A stretch of DNA of 64,000 nucleotides from Laetmonice hystrix. Lineage: Eukaryota. How positions within the stretch are numbered: position 1 is the first letter of the stretch; every line of letters begins with the position of its first letter. The notes below the pieces were generated by a model, which was not told where the DNA came from, searched no databases, and was given only the letters and a program-made list of their open reading frames with translations. The stretch is taken from positions 3,224,001 to 3,288,000 of the forward strand of contig OZ249440.1 in the NCBI GenBank assembly GCA_965235115.1, in the 5' to 3' direction. Positions 36,701 through 45,600 of the stretch are shown piece after piece. Both the position numbers and the translations under genes were made by a program.

Positions 36701-39700
36701 GTAGGTCTACCACCCTCGGAGTGTTGGCAGTATGGTAGGCCAGTCGTATGTATAATAACGATATCACCGACCTAATTATAGACATACAGGTCTAAGTGAG
36801 TAGGTCTACCACCCTCGGAGTGCAGGCAGTATGGTAGGCCAGTCGTATGTATAATAACGATATCACCGACCTAATTATAGACATACAGGTCTAAGTGAGT
36901 AGGTCTACCACCCTCGGAGTGTTGGCAGTATGGAAGGCCAGTCGTATGTATAATAACGATATCACCGACCTAATTATAGACATACAGGTCTAAGTGAGTA
37001 GGTCTACCACCCTCGGAATGTTGGCAGTATGGTAGGCCAGTCGTATGTATAATAACGATATCACCGACCTAATTATAGACATACAGGTCTAAGTGAGTAG
37101 GTCTACCGCCCTCGGAGTACTGGCAGTATGGTAGGCCAGTTGTATGTATAATAACGATATCACCGACCTAATTATAGACATACAGGTCTAAGTGAGTAGG
37201 TCTACCACCCTCAGAGTGTTGGCAGTATGGTAGGCCAGTCGTATGTATAATAACGATATCACCGACCTAATTATAGACATACAGGTCTAAGTGAGTAGGT
37301 CTACCACCCTCAGAGTGTTGGCAGTATGGTAGGCCAGTTGTATGTATAATAACGATATCAGTCACATGATTCCTGATTGTCGGATCCCAGGGGACCTAAT
37401 TACATACATACAGGTGAGTAGGCCGGCAGGCTATCGTGATTACAATGTGCGCCCTAGGAGTGCTTGCAGCATGGCAGGCCAGTGGCGACTCCTATCGTAT
37501 AATAAGATACAAAATATGAGTAACATGAGGAGCTGACGACTCTTGACCGAATCTTCACCACCACTCCTTGAGTGTTGTTAATATGTAGACCTATACACAA
37601 CGTTCAGAAGTACCCAGTATCATCTGCTCTGGTTGTAGTGGGTGTGGTTGTGGTGGTGGTGGTGGTGGTGGTTCTGGGTGTGGTTGTGGTGGTGGTGGTG
37701 GTTCAGGGTGTGGTGGGGGTGGAGTCATGCACATCTTCAGGGAATGATCCTCATGAGACGTTGTTTCCCTCATAAATTTTGGGGCGTTCATTGTTGCTAA
37801 CATTTCACAGCGGTGCCCTCCCCCATCTCGAGCTGGAGTGTGGTAAAAACAAAGCTCCAGTTCACCGGGCACCTCACGCCCGTTCCCGTTCCACCGTGTT
37901 TCCACGTCCCATGGGATTTGTTCCTGGCAGACTGCCGATCACATGTCATGAAACGACTTTCCCACAGTCAAACTATACTCATGGCTTTGCTTTTTGTAAA
38001 ACAATCCTCCAAGTCTATTTCTACTCCTCAGTAGCTCGTATCTTCCTGGTGTCTATTGCTATCCTAACAGTTTCTTTCTCACAACTTTGGAGTTCCGAAG
38101 ATTTTTTGTACGTGATCTACGAGTAGTGGTGACTTAATTGGGGTGTTATGCCCTGGTGGCAGTAGTTATAAGTCATAGTGGTACATAGGATGTTTGGGGT
38201 GTCATGCCATGTGGGGTGTTATGCCATGGTGGCAGTAGTTATAAGTCATAGTGGTACATAGGATGTTTGGGGTGTCATGCCATGTGGGGTGTTATGCCAT
38301 GGTGGCAGTAGTTATAAGTCATAGTGGTACATAGGATGTTTGGGGTGTCATGCCATGTGGGGTGTTATGCCATGGTGGCAGTAGTTATAAGTCATAGTGG
38401 TACATATGATGTTTGGGGTGTCATGCCATGGTGGCAGTAGTTATAAGTCATAGTGGTACATAGGATGTTTGGGGTGTCATGCCATGGTGGCAGTAGTTAT
38501 AAGTCATAGTGGTACATAGGATGTTTGGGGTGTCATGCCATGGTGGCAGTAGTTATAAGTCATAGTGGTACATAGGATGTTTGGGGTGTTATGCCATGGT
38601 GGCAGTAGTTATAAGTCATGGTGGTACATAGGATGTTTGGGGTGTCATGCCATGTGGGGTGTTATGCCATGGTGGCAGTAGTTATAAGTCATGGTGGTAC
38701 ATAGGATGTTTGGGGTGTCATGCCATGGTGGCAGTAGTTATAAGTCATAGTGGTACATAGGATGTTTGGGGTGTCATGCCATGGTGGCAGTAGTTATATA
38801 AGTCATAGTGGTACATAGGATGTTTGGGGTGTCATGCCATGGTGGCAGTAGTTATAAGTCATAGTGGTACATAGGATGTTTGGGGTGTCATGCCATGGTG
38901 GCAGTAGTTATAAGTCATAGTGGTACATAGGATGTTTGGGGTGTCATGCCATGGTGGCAGTAGTTATAAGTCATAGTGGTACATAGGATGTTTGGGGTGT
39001 CATGCCATGGTGGCAGTAGTTATAAGTTATAGTGGTACATAGGATGTTTGGGGTGTCATGCCATGGTGGCAGTAGTTATAAGTCATAGTGGTACATAGGA
39101 TGTTTGGGGTGTCATGCCATGGTGGCAGTAGTTATAAGTCATAGTGGTACATAGGATGTTTGGGGTGTCATGCCATGGTGGCAGTAGTTATAAGTCATAG
39201 TGGTACATAGGATGTTTGGGGTGTCATGCCATGGTGGCAGTAGTTATAAGTTATAGTGGTACATAGGATGTTTGGGGTGTCATGCCCTGGTGGCAGTAGT
39301 TATATAAGTCATAGTGGTACATAGGATGTTTGGGTTGGCATGCCCTGGTGGCAGTAGTTATATAAGTCATAGTGGTACATAGGATGTTTGGGGTGTCATG
39401 CCATGGTGGCAGTAGTTATAAGTCATAGTGGTACATAGGATGTTTGGGGCGTTATGCCATGGTGGCAGTAGTAATAAGTCATAGTGGTACATAGGATGTT
39501 TGGGGTGTCATGCCATGGTGGCAGTAGTTATAAGTCATAGTGGTACATAGGATGTTTGGGGTGTCATGCCATGGTGGCAGTAGTTATAAGTCATATAGTG
39601 GTACATAGGATGTTTGGGGTGTCATGCCATGGTGGCAGTATGTAGTTATAAGTCATAGTGGTACATAGGATGTTTGGGGTGTCATGCCATGGTGGCAGTA

Positions 39701-42636
39701 TGTAGTTATAAGTCATAGTGGTACATAGGATGTTTGGGGTGTCATGCCATGGTGGCAGTAGTTATAAGTCATACTGGTACATAGGATGTTTGGGGTGTTA
39801 TGCCATGGTGGCAGTAGTTATAAGTCATAGTGGTACATAGGATGTTTGGGGTGTCATGCCATGGTGGCAGTAGTTATAAGTCATAGTGGTACATAGGATG
39901 TTTGGGGTGTTATGCCATGGTGGCAGTAGTTATAAGTCATAGTGGTACATAGGATGTTTGGGGTGTCATGCCATGGTGGCAGTATGTAGTTATAAGTCAT
40001 AGTGGTACATAGGATGTTTGGGGTGTCATGCCATGGTGGCAGTAGTTATAAGTCATACTGGTACATAGGATGTTTGGGGTGTCATGCCATGGTGGCAGTA
40101 GTTATAAGTCATAGTGGTACATAGGATGTTTGGGGTGTCATGCCATGGTGGCAGTAGTTATAAGTCATATAGTGGTACATAGGATGTTTGGGGTGTCATG
40201 CCATGGTGGCAGTAGTTATAAGTCATAGTGGTACATAGGATGTTTGGGGTGTCATGCCATGTGGGGTGTTATGCCATGGTGGCAGTAGTTATAAGTCATA
40301 GTGGTACATAGGATGTTTGGGGTGTCATGCCATGGTGGCAGTAGTTATAAGTCATAGTGGTACATAGGATGTTTGGGGTGTCATGCCAAGGTGGCAGTAG
40401 TTATAAGTCATAGTGGTACATAGGATGTTTGGGGTGTCATGCCATGGTGGCAGTAGTTATAAGTCATAGTGGTACATAGGATGTTTGGGGTGTCATGCCC
40501 TGGTGGCAGTAGTTATAAGTCATAGTGGTACATAGGATGTTTGGGGTGTCATGCCATGGTGGCAGTAGTTATAAGTCATAGTGGTACATAGGATGTTAAG
40601 GGGTGTCATGCCATGCATGGTGGCAGTAGTTATAAGTTATAGTGGTACATAGGATGTTTGGGGTGTCATGCCAAGGTGGCAGTATGTAGTTATAAGTCAT
40701 AGTGGTACATAGGATGTTTGGGGTGTCATGCCATGGTGGCAGTAGTTATAAGTCATAGTGGTACATAGGATGTTTGGGGTGTCATGCCATGGTGGCAGTA
40801 GTTATATAAGTCATAGTGGTACATAGGATGTTTGGGGTATCATGCCATGGTGGCAGTAGTTATAAGTCATAGTGGTACATAGGATGTTTGGGGTGTCATG
40901 CCATGGTGGCAGTAGTTATAAGTCATAGTGGTACATAGGATGCATGGGGTGTCATGCCATGGTGGCAGTAGTTATAAGTCATAGTGGTACATAGGATGTT
41001 TGGGGTGTCATGCCATGGTGGCAGTAGTTATAAGTCATAGTGGTACATAGGATGTTTGGGGTGTCATGCCATGGTGGCAGTAGTTATAAGTCATAGTGGT
41101 ACATAGGATGCATGGGGTGTCATGCCATGGTGGCAGTAGTTATAAGTCATAGTGGTACATAGGATGTTTGGGGTGTCATGCCAAGGTGGCAGTAGTTATA
41201 AGTCATAGTGGTACATAGGATGTTTGGGGTGTCATGCCATGGTGGCAGTAGTTATAAGTCATAGTGGTACATAGGATGTTTGGGGTGTCATGCCATGGTG
41301 GCAGTAGTTATATAAGTCATAGTGTTACATAGGATGTTTGGGGTGTCATGCCATGGTGGCAGTAGTTATAAGTCATAGTGGTACATAGGATGTTTGGGGT
41401 GTCATGCCATGGTGGCAGTAGTTTCCGCGTCAATAATCTGAATGATAACCTGTGCTTACCTTTCTCTATCGGTGGGGACGGGCCGGATCCAAGTGGCCAG
41501 CGTTATCGACCGCACTGATTGGAGGAAGAGGGCCGCCATCCACTCTGTGGCCAGATTTAAGAAACAAGTACTTCCGGTACCACCCGCGGCCTTGAAATTG
41601 ACGCGGAACAACTGTACCTGAGCGGTTGGCGGGGCAGGGGCAAGCTTGTCAAATTGCTTGGAGACACAATCTCCCCAGCCGTCAGTTACTCTGTTAAAAA
41701 GGAACTCATGATGAGGTAATGCCTTATTTGGGCATGTTGCGTCACAGTCGTCCTCCCAGCATGCACTGACAGTGGCCGGGTCGATGCTGCTCCGGCAAAA
41801 TGCCTCCTTTCCTGACAAACCGCACACAGCTGTCGATGGCGTAACAGAAATTGGGCTCAATTTGGCAGCGTTGAAAGTTGGTGGGACCAGAGCCTGGCAC
41901 CGGAGTCCAGGCATCAATATTCCGAAAAAGAAAATCACAAACACATATTTAGATAAATCCCGAATACAGGTGCAATGCATCCCTGCCCACCGGAAAAGGT
42001 CCTTTCGCTGTTTCGGGCGAGATTTGGTAGTATAGCGAGAATTAGTCTGTTTCTGATACATGTTCGCACCGTTCTGTCTTGAACTTCCATGCGTCCATGC
42101 CTTTTCTATGCTGAGGTAGTTACATACACTGTTAGATGCATTTCTATTCTTATCTACGAGAGAATCAATAGAATAATGGTGTACTCGGCCAATGCTCGTA
42201 TCATCGCTCATCTCTGGTCCACCTACTTTTTGATACCCGTGTGGACGACTGAGTTTTGGATCTTTAATTGCGACAGTTTGCTTGCATGGACTGTGGTCTC
42301 TGTCCTGTGGATCATGCCCTTGAGAACACCCATTCTGTGGTGTGTTGTCTCCTGTTATGTGTGACACAGACAGACAAATGTACGCTTTGTGTGGGTTCCC
42401 GGTAGAGGGAGTCGGAGGAGAACTGTGCTGGACGTCCAGGGTCGCGGAATGTCGCCTCGTCCCTGGTACGTCCATGACGTCATGACGTCGTCTGCTGGCG
42501 TCTCTCTCTGCGTCCACGCGATGACGGCAGTGCGACGGTCCAACATGTCCGTCCTGATCGGCCGCCTGGCTCGTCATCCTTGTAGATCTCCTCAACCTTA
42601 CTACCACCTCCACTCGGTCATCGGGTTCTCGTGGAC
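9571..42636 (-). CDS. Multi-exon chimeric receptor tyrosine kinase: usherin-like LamG/LamNT/laminin-EGF ectodomain + 3 IPT + TM + MET/RON-like kinase (~1670 aa from ATG 41980; ~1870 aa from ATG 42577)
   Basis: 23 exons chained manually with GT-AG sites and matching phases. The only break is the exon truncated by the N gap. Individual exons are listed below. Confidence 0.88.
10494..10630 (-). CDS. RTK exon: kinase subdomains IX-X
   Basis: [21 protein letters not shown] is near-identical to [24 protein letters not shown]. Phase 0 to 2. Confidence 0.94.
11150..11312 (-). CDS. RTK exon: kinase DFG and activation loop
   Basis: [19 protein letters not shown]...[11 protein letters not shown]...TTKCDV. 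Phase 2 to 0. Read by hand. Confidence 0.93.
11445..12781. mobile_element. PIF/Harbinger-type non-autonomous element (MITE-like, 1337 bp)
   Basis: About 39-bp TIR GGGGCCGTCCATCATTTTCATCATTTTCACGAGCGTACA at both ends, flanked on both sides by TAA (11442-11444, 12782-12784). Internal ~200-bp segments are repeated. No transposase seen. Confidence 0.8.
12850..13075. other. Assembly gap (226 N)
   Basis: Run of n characters. Confidence 1.
13076..13139 (-). CDS. RTK exon: kinase subdomain VIa, truncated by assembly gap
   Basis: [21 protein letters not shown], then Ns. The HRDLAARN motif is expected next and is not visible. Confidence 0.88.
13391..13572 (-). CDS. RTK exon: kinase subdomains III-V
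   Basis: [22 protein letters not shown]...[11 protein letters not shown] (MET [22 protein letters not shown]...VVLPYMKHGDL). Phase 1 to 0. Confidence 0.92.
13611..13683. repeat. 20-bp repeat x~4
   Basis: GCGAGAACCAGTTAGTACAC. Confidence 0.85.
13925..14562. repeat. 23-bp minisatellite, ~28 copies
   Basis: Unit GACAATGGAAGCCATGAGTCCCT with variants. Confidence 0.93.
14603..14686 (-). CDS. RTK exon: kinase subdomains I-II
   Basis: [10 protein letters not shown]...VAIKTLR, with the catalytic Lys present. Phase 1 to 1. Read by hand. Confidence 0.88.
14741..15237. repeat. Higher-order repeat: constant ~57-bp block with alternating short and long linkers
   Basis: TTAGATTAAAACATCTACACTCTACACTTGATATCCCGGGAGATCTCAAGGGAAACG recurs with related linkers. 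Confidence 0.88.
15399..15527 (-). CDS. RTK exon: juxtamembrane to kinase Gly loop
   Basis: SQTSYVNP...[21 protein letters not shown]. Acceptor ttcctcctcctccag, donor gtgaga, phase 1 to 1. Confidence 0.88.
16900..17134 (-). CDS. RTK exon: transmembrane helix and juxtamembrane start
   Basis: VYVGNI...[28 protein letters not shown] is a hydrophobic run followed by a basic stop-transfer. Donor gtacgt, phase 0 to 1. Confidence 0.88.
17316..17486 (-). CDS. RTK exon: IPT3
   Basis: GSRMDYGC...[10 protein letters not shown]...NQLVCRPP. Phase 0 to 0. Confidence 0.87.
17807..18211 (-). CDS. RTK exon: IPT2 with polybasic insert, start of IPT3
   Basis: [15 protein letters not shown]...RIRKRR...RVKR...[10 protein letters not shown]...VYLDPSI...LITIK, similar to the plexin/MET membrane-proximal region. 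Phase 0 to 0. Confidence 0.87.
18433..18587. mobile_element. Palindromic hairpin MITE-like element
   Basis: About 70-bp near-perfect inverted arms with a ~11-nt loop and GGGCCG/CGGCCC termini. No clean TSD. Confidence 0.6.
18709..18814 (-). CDS. RTK exon: IPT2
   Basis: [20 protein letters not shown] (cf. MET [20 protein letters not shown]). Acceptor ttgcag, donor gtgagt, phase 2 to 0. Confidence 0.87.
20566..20751 (-). CDS. RTK exon: end of IPT1 and start of IPT2
   Basis: TLTCITG...[19 protein letters not shown] (cf. MET FSYREDPIVYEIHPTKSFI). Phase 2 to 2. Confidence 0.87.
20793..21108. repeat. 35-bp minisatellite x9
   Basis: GAGACCATTCAGATGTCTGAAATCTCACAATCTTA, with internal palindrome TTCAGA-TCTGAA. 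Confidence 0.93.
21379..21524 (-). CDS. RTK exon: IPT/TIG domain 1, first half
   Basis: [28 protein letters not shown]...VGQVPCSI is the IPT signature (P..GP..GGT.L.I.G..LG). Acceptor gttgacag, donor gtaggt, phase 0 to 2. Read by hand. Confidence 0.85.
21862..22526 (-). CDS. RTK exon: laminin-EGF repeats 4-7 plus truncated 8th repeat
   Basis: [14 protein letters not shown]...CGCYPPGT...RCHCIPG...TNYKC, then donor gtaagg. Phase 1 to 0. Confidence 0.92.
22715..23063 (-). CDS. RTK exon: laminin-EGF repeats 2-4
   Basis: [19 protein letters not shown]...[10 protein letters not shown]. Phase 0 to 1. Confidence 0.93.
23464..23680 (-). CDS. RTK exon: laminin-EGF repeats 1-2
   Basis: [21 protein letters not shown]...[15 protein letters not shown]. 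Acceptor tag, donor gtaagt, phase 2 to 0. Confidence 0.92.
23849..24055 (-). CDS. RTK exon: laminin N-terminal domain part 3
   Basis: [14 protein letters not shown]...[12 protein letters not shown]...[12 protein letters not shown]. Phase 2 to 2. Confidence 0.9.
24147..24486. mobile_element. TTAA-flanked MITE (Kolobok-like termini)
   Basis: TTAA|AGGTGCTATTCGT ... ACGAATAGCACCT|TTAA, with a central 24-bp palindrome ctatctcggtgcgcaccgagatag. Confidence 0.72.
24600..24787 (-). CDS. RTK exon: laminin N-terminal domain part 2
   Basis: [15 protein letters not shown]...[12 protein letters not shown]...DSVNC. Acceptor tttcag, donor gtgagt, phase 0 to 2. Confidence 0.9.
26210..26300. repeat. 20-bp repeat x4
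   Basis: GGAATAGGACAGGTAAGTGG; one inverted copy near 25958-25980. Confidence 0.85.
26336..26615 (-). CDS. RTK exon: laminin N-terminal domain part 1
   Basis: EIQEVYLG...[10 protein letters not shown]...YCVANDG...[23 protein letters not shown] matches usherin SHCRCPGSHP...RLNPEAHPLSFVNDNDVGTSWVS. Phase 2 to 0. Confidence 0.9.
26642..26885. repeat. 16-bp minisatellite x~15
   Basis: GGCCCTGATCCACTAA. Confidence 0.93.
27266..27872. repeat. 47-bp minisatellite x~13 containing an exon end and splice donor
   Basis: Minus-strand unit TTTGTCAAACAG|GTATACCTACTATCAGTTTATCAGAGTGAATGATG. Confidence 0.93.
27861..27924 (-). CDS. RTK exon: end of LamG-like domain (64 nt)
   Basis: [20 protein letters not shown] matches usherin EQFVGRMQDFRLYQVALTN. 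Acceptor tgttttcag, donor gtatac, phase 1 to 2. Confidence 0.88.
28188..29278. repeat. 20-bp minisatellite (~1.1 kb) with shorter variants
   Basis: ATGGGGAAGTTATCGTTACC. Confidence 0.95.
29294..29414 (-). CDS. RTK exon: LamG-like jellyroll part 2
   Basis: [15 protein letters not shown]...YIVGQSFS (usherin VHQTKISFFING...VQIGQSLN). Acceptor cag, donor gtaagt, phase 0 to 1. Not in the ORF track; read by hand. Confidence 0.8.
29830..29986 (-). CDS. RTK exon: LamG-like jellyroll part 1
   Basis: STLFVIV...[12 protein letters not shown] (usherin KKWIHLSVQ). Acceptor ttcttgcag, donor gtaagg, phase 2 to 0. Confidence 0.8.
30944..31515. repeat. ~30-bp minisatellite, block 1
   Basis: TGGACTGGGGCCTAGGTTCACGGCTGGGCCT variants. 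Confidence 0.92.
31517..31721 (+). mobile_element. tRNA-derived SINE-like element, copy 1
   Basis: A-box-like TGGCCTAGTGG and B-box GGTTCGATTCC (31620-31630). Near-identical copies at 31850-32055 and, reversed, at 54535-54686. Confidence 0.7.
31850..32055 (+). mobile_element. tRNA-derived SINE-like element, copy 2
   Basis: Direct near-identical duplicate of 31517-31721. Confidence 0.7.
32270..32522. repeat. Same ~30-bp minisatellite, block 2
   Basis: Same unit as 30944-31515, resuming after the SINE pair. Confidence 0.9.
33003..33236. repeat. 38-bp minisatellite x6
   Basis: ATGTCTGGCCCAGGCAATGTAAGGAAGTGTGATGCACA. Confidence 0.93.
33721..34230. repeat. 41/42-bp minisatellite x~12, two interleaved variants
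   Basis: GGGGAGGGTCGGTGAGAGAAATGGTACTGGAA followed by GGTACCACT or CGGGAGCAGT. Confidence 0.93.
36220..37360. repeat. 99-bp tandem repeat x~11
   Basis: GTGAGTAGGTC recurs at 36301, 36400 and onward. Confidence 0.93.
37630..37720. repeat. (GTG)n-rich microsatellite
   Basis: Seen directly. Confidence 0.85.
38130..41422. repeat. 56-bp satellite, ~3.3 kb
   Basis: GTGGCAGTAGTTATAAGTCATAGTGGTACATAGGATGTTTGGGGTGTCATGCCATG. Confidence 0.96.
41460..42636 (-). CDS. RTK exon: open N-terminal extension, hydrophobic signal/anchor ([18 protein letters not shown]) and usherin-like N-terminus
   Basis: [35 protein letters not shown]...CDATCP...[10 protein letters not shown] resembles usherin LFPRLENVGAFKKVSIVPTQAVCGLPDRSTFCHSS...SFTLAVWLKP. 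Acceptor tttttttctccctcaacag at 42637, donor gtaagc (phase 2). In-frame ATGs include 42577 and 41980; the true start is uncertain. Confidence 0.85.
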
Positions 42637-45600
42637 CTGTTGAGGGAGAAAAAAAACGGGTCAGTGAGTCACGTCTAACCCAGTGTCTACAGAACTACAA
42701 CACGTACGAAACAATGGATCTAGCGGCAAGTTGTCTCTTGGTGGTCATGAAATGTGTGTTATAATTTGTTTAGACGGACCATTTCTCAAGTATCTCGTAA
42801 AACCGTCCTGGTCGACTGAACGACATAATGAGAGCAGCAGTTTCAGAAACAAAATTTGCTCCGTGAACGCCGGTTATTTAAATCCCATAAAAACCAGAAG
42901 AGGTTTTGGCTGTGATTGTCGGATCCTCGCGAAGTGTTCCGTTTGATGTTGAGTACCGACGTGATTCAACCTTTAAATTCATCGTGTTTCCATCCTGCTG
43001 AATGTAATCAGTTTACGAGACGGAAGCGATTAACACCCAGCATAGTCGTCAGAGAACTCTGTGGTAGCCTACAGTTCCTTTTAACAAGGCATTACGCCAA
43101 GGGATTTCCGTGTGAGTCAGGAATCGATACGTTTTTCTGTTCCCCCATGGAACAGTTCAATAGATTCCACTAACATGTCGGACCACGCTCGCCCCATCAA
43201 CTGGGACCAGTGCCTGACTGTTTGTTTAAACACGCCTGTACCAAATCTCTCCGCCATGCTCAGGCACATGCATGCTAATTTCACAAAAGACATCACCGCA
43301 GGCATCTCAAGTAGCTGCGCTTCCGATGAATTCTTTGACCTTACTCTCTGTGGGAGTTGTCTTGCATGAATATAATCTATGATAAGTTAACAAGGGAGCA
43401 TCTGATGACCAAACATTATAAAAACATCCAACAGAGTGACTCGACATGATTTACATGAACAAATTCATGTTGAAACGCATTGTATTATTCAGTTTCTCTC
43501 GACCATGACATATTTCTGGTTGATACACACAGCGCATGCCTCAACATTCCACTCTACCTCTATAACTGGCCTTGTGTTGGCAAAATATGACAAAGTTAAC
43601 ACAGTCTGGTCAAGTATTTCTGTGGTAGCATAATGTGGCAAAGTTTGCGCACGTGTCGCAGATTTAGCTAAGGAGGACCACGTGGAGGCAATCAAGGTAT
43701 CACAGCGATAATTATAATGATCAAGTATAATACTGCCTGGACGGGAGTTTGTTTATGTGGGTTCTGAGATCAACCAGGAATCGTTCCGCTGGGAAGGGGG
43801 TAGGGTAGGGTAGTGGGGTTACATAGGTGTCGTGAGAGGCCCTGATCCGTGACAACGGTGACCTGACCCCGTACGCTCCACTGAATCCTCGTGGACCATA
43901 TTCTGCGTCATAATTATTTCATTTCCTTCGCTCTGATTACTTCATTCATTCATTCTAAGCTGTGTCTACTTCCTTCATGCTTACATGTACATATATAGGG
44001 CTAGTACATGAAACGGATAGAGTCACCCGTAGGCCTACACTGTATCATGTACGTGTATATTGCAGCATATTATACACCGCATTAAATCCACCCGCGGACT
44101 TGTATACATACATAACTGAGTATAAGGATATCGTTAGTTTTTCAGTCACCTGTTTGAAAAATTTGTTTTTCATTGACTTGTTTAAAAGGTAAAATCTAAC
44201 ATATGTCATAGTATGACAAGCCATTCCGTATTCTAGGGCCTACTTCTTTTAATGTGAGACAAACAGTTATCTTGTTATTACAAAATATCATTTAAAATAT
44301 ATTATTGTTTCCACCATTACGAAAACGATGGCTGTACCTGATATATAGTACGGACACAATCATGTGTATACGACTGTGTATAACAGACAGCCACGTAAAC
44401 ATGTGCCCAGTGACCTCGGCTGATGATACACACGACCCTGCTCAATTAATAATGACATATACTCACCACCAGGAGAATATTAATTCGTCAACAAAGTCTG
44501 TAAAAAAAACCCTTTTGTACGACGTAACCTGTCCACTCACCGTACGCTGGTCGTTGACGTGTTCACCCTTCACCTTCAGCTCCGCGCTGGTCCCCTTGGT
44601 GTGTTAAACTCTTACAATCCAAGTAATCCTCCAGATGACTGGCGAGTCGGTGTGCCTTAAGGTTCCGTGTTGTGTCCGTAGTGAGGCCGTCTGTCGTCAG
44701 GTGAGTGGGGACCACAGGTTACAGCCTCACTCAGGTGATGGTCACCGGACCGTGTCAGTACAGCGTCACTGTGAACCAGTCGACCGGTGGTCGCCTTGAC
44801 CCGCTAGGTTGTCTTACCTCAGCCAGAGACACGGAACACCCCTCCACTTCCACGCTCTTAAAGTTTTCAAAGTCAATGTTCCCACAGTGTGGATAGGCAC
44901 AGACAATTTGGCACTCCAGCTATGTCAGTCTGCCCCACTGTTACGTGCGACCTACTCCTTGACATAGGCCTACACCAAGCCTGTTTTACATGTTGCCCAG
45001 GGCATTCAGTGCTGCCTGTTGCCGCCAAGGTAACGACTCGCTGCAGTTGAAGTCCCCGGCGATGACTTCAGGACAAATATCCGGCAGGCCGTGGTCTTCT
45101 CATCCATTCTCTCCGCCCCTCAAGCCTTCTATTTAGACGGAACATGTCCTCTTCTTTTGTTGCCATGCTACAGTGCGCAGGTAAACTATATACACGCACA
45201 GACGCTGCATGCAGGGCCGTGTATGACCGACATGACCTTGACGTATTTATAGCCAGATTCTGACGATTTCCTCACGTCAGGAGGGAGGAACGCCGCGCGG
45301 TATGATCAGAGTGGCCGTCCTAACCGTCCTCCACCACCGTGACGTCCTAACCGTCCTCCACCACCGTCACGGAGTCCGCCGTCCGCCCGACAGACCGTCA
45401 CTGCCAACAGGACAATGACAATATGGGTCTATTCTTCCTCCGTCATCCCTTGGAACAATCTACAAGTACCATCTGTGCGCGCATCTCAAGGATCTGTCTG
45501 TCAGGTTTTAAGCCGCGGCCAAGGTGATTAATAAACGCATTCTGCGGTGAATGATAAAGGCGGGAAGGCCAGAGATGGCGAGTGATGTTGTCCTAAGGCC

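Noticed and set aside
44700-45200. Minus-strand VIAGDFN and GDH motifs resembling a LINE APE endonuclease
   Set aside because: Isolated short motifs interrupted by stops, with unconvincing spacing and no RT nearby. A tBLASTn or HMM search would be needed.
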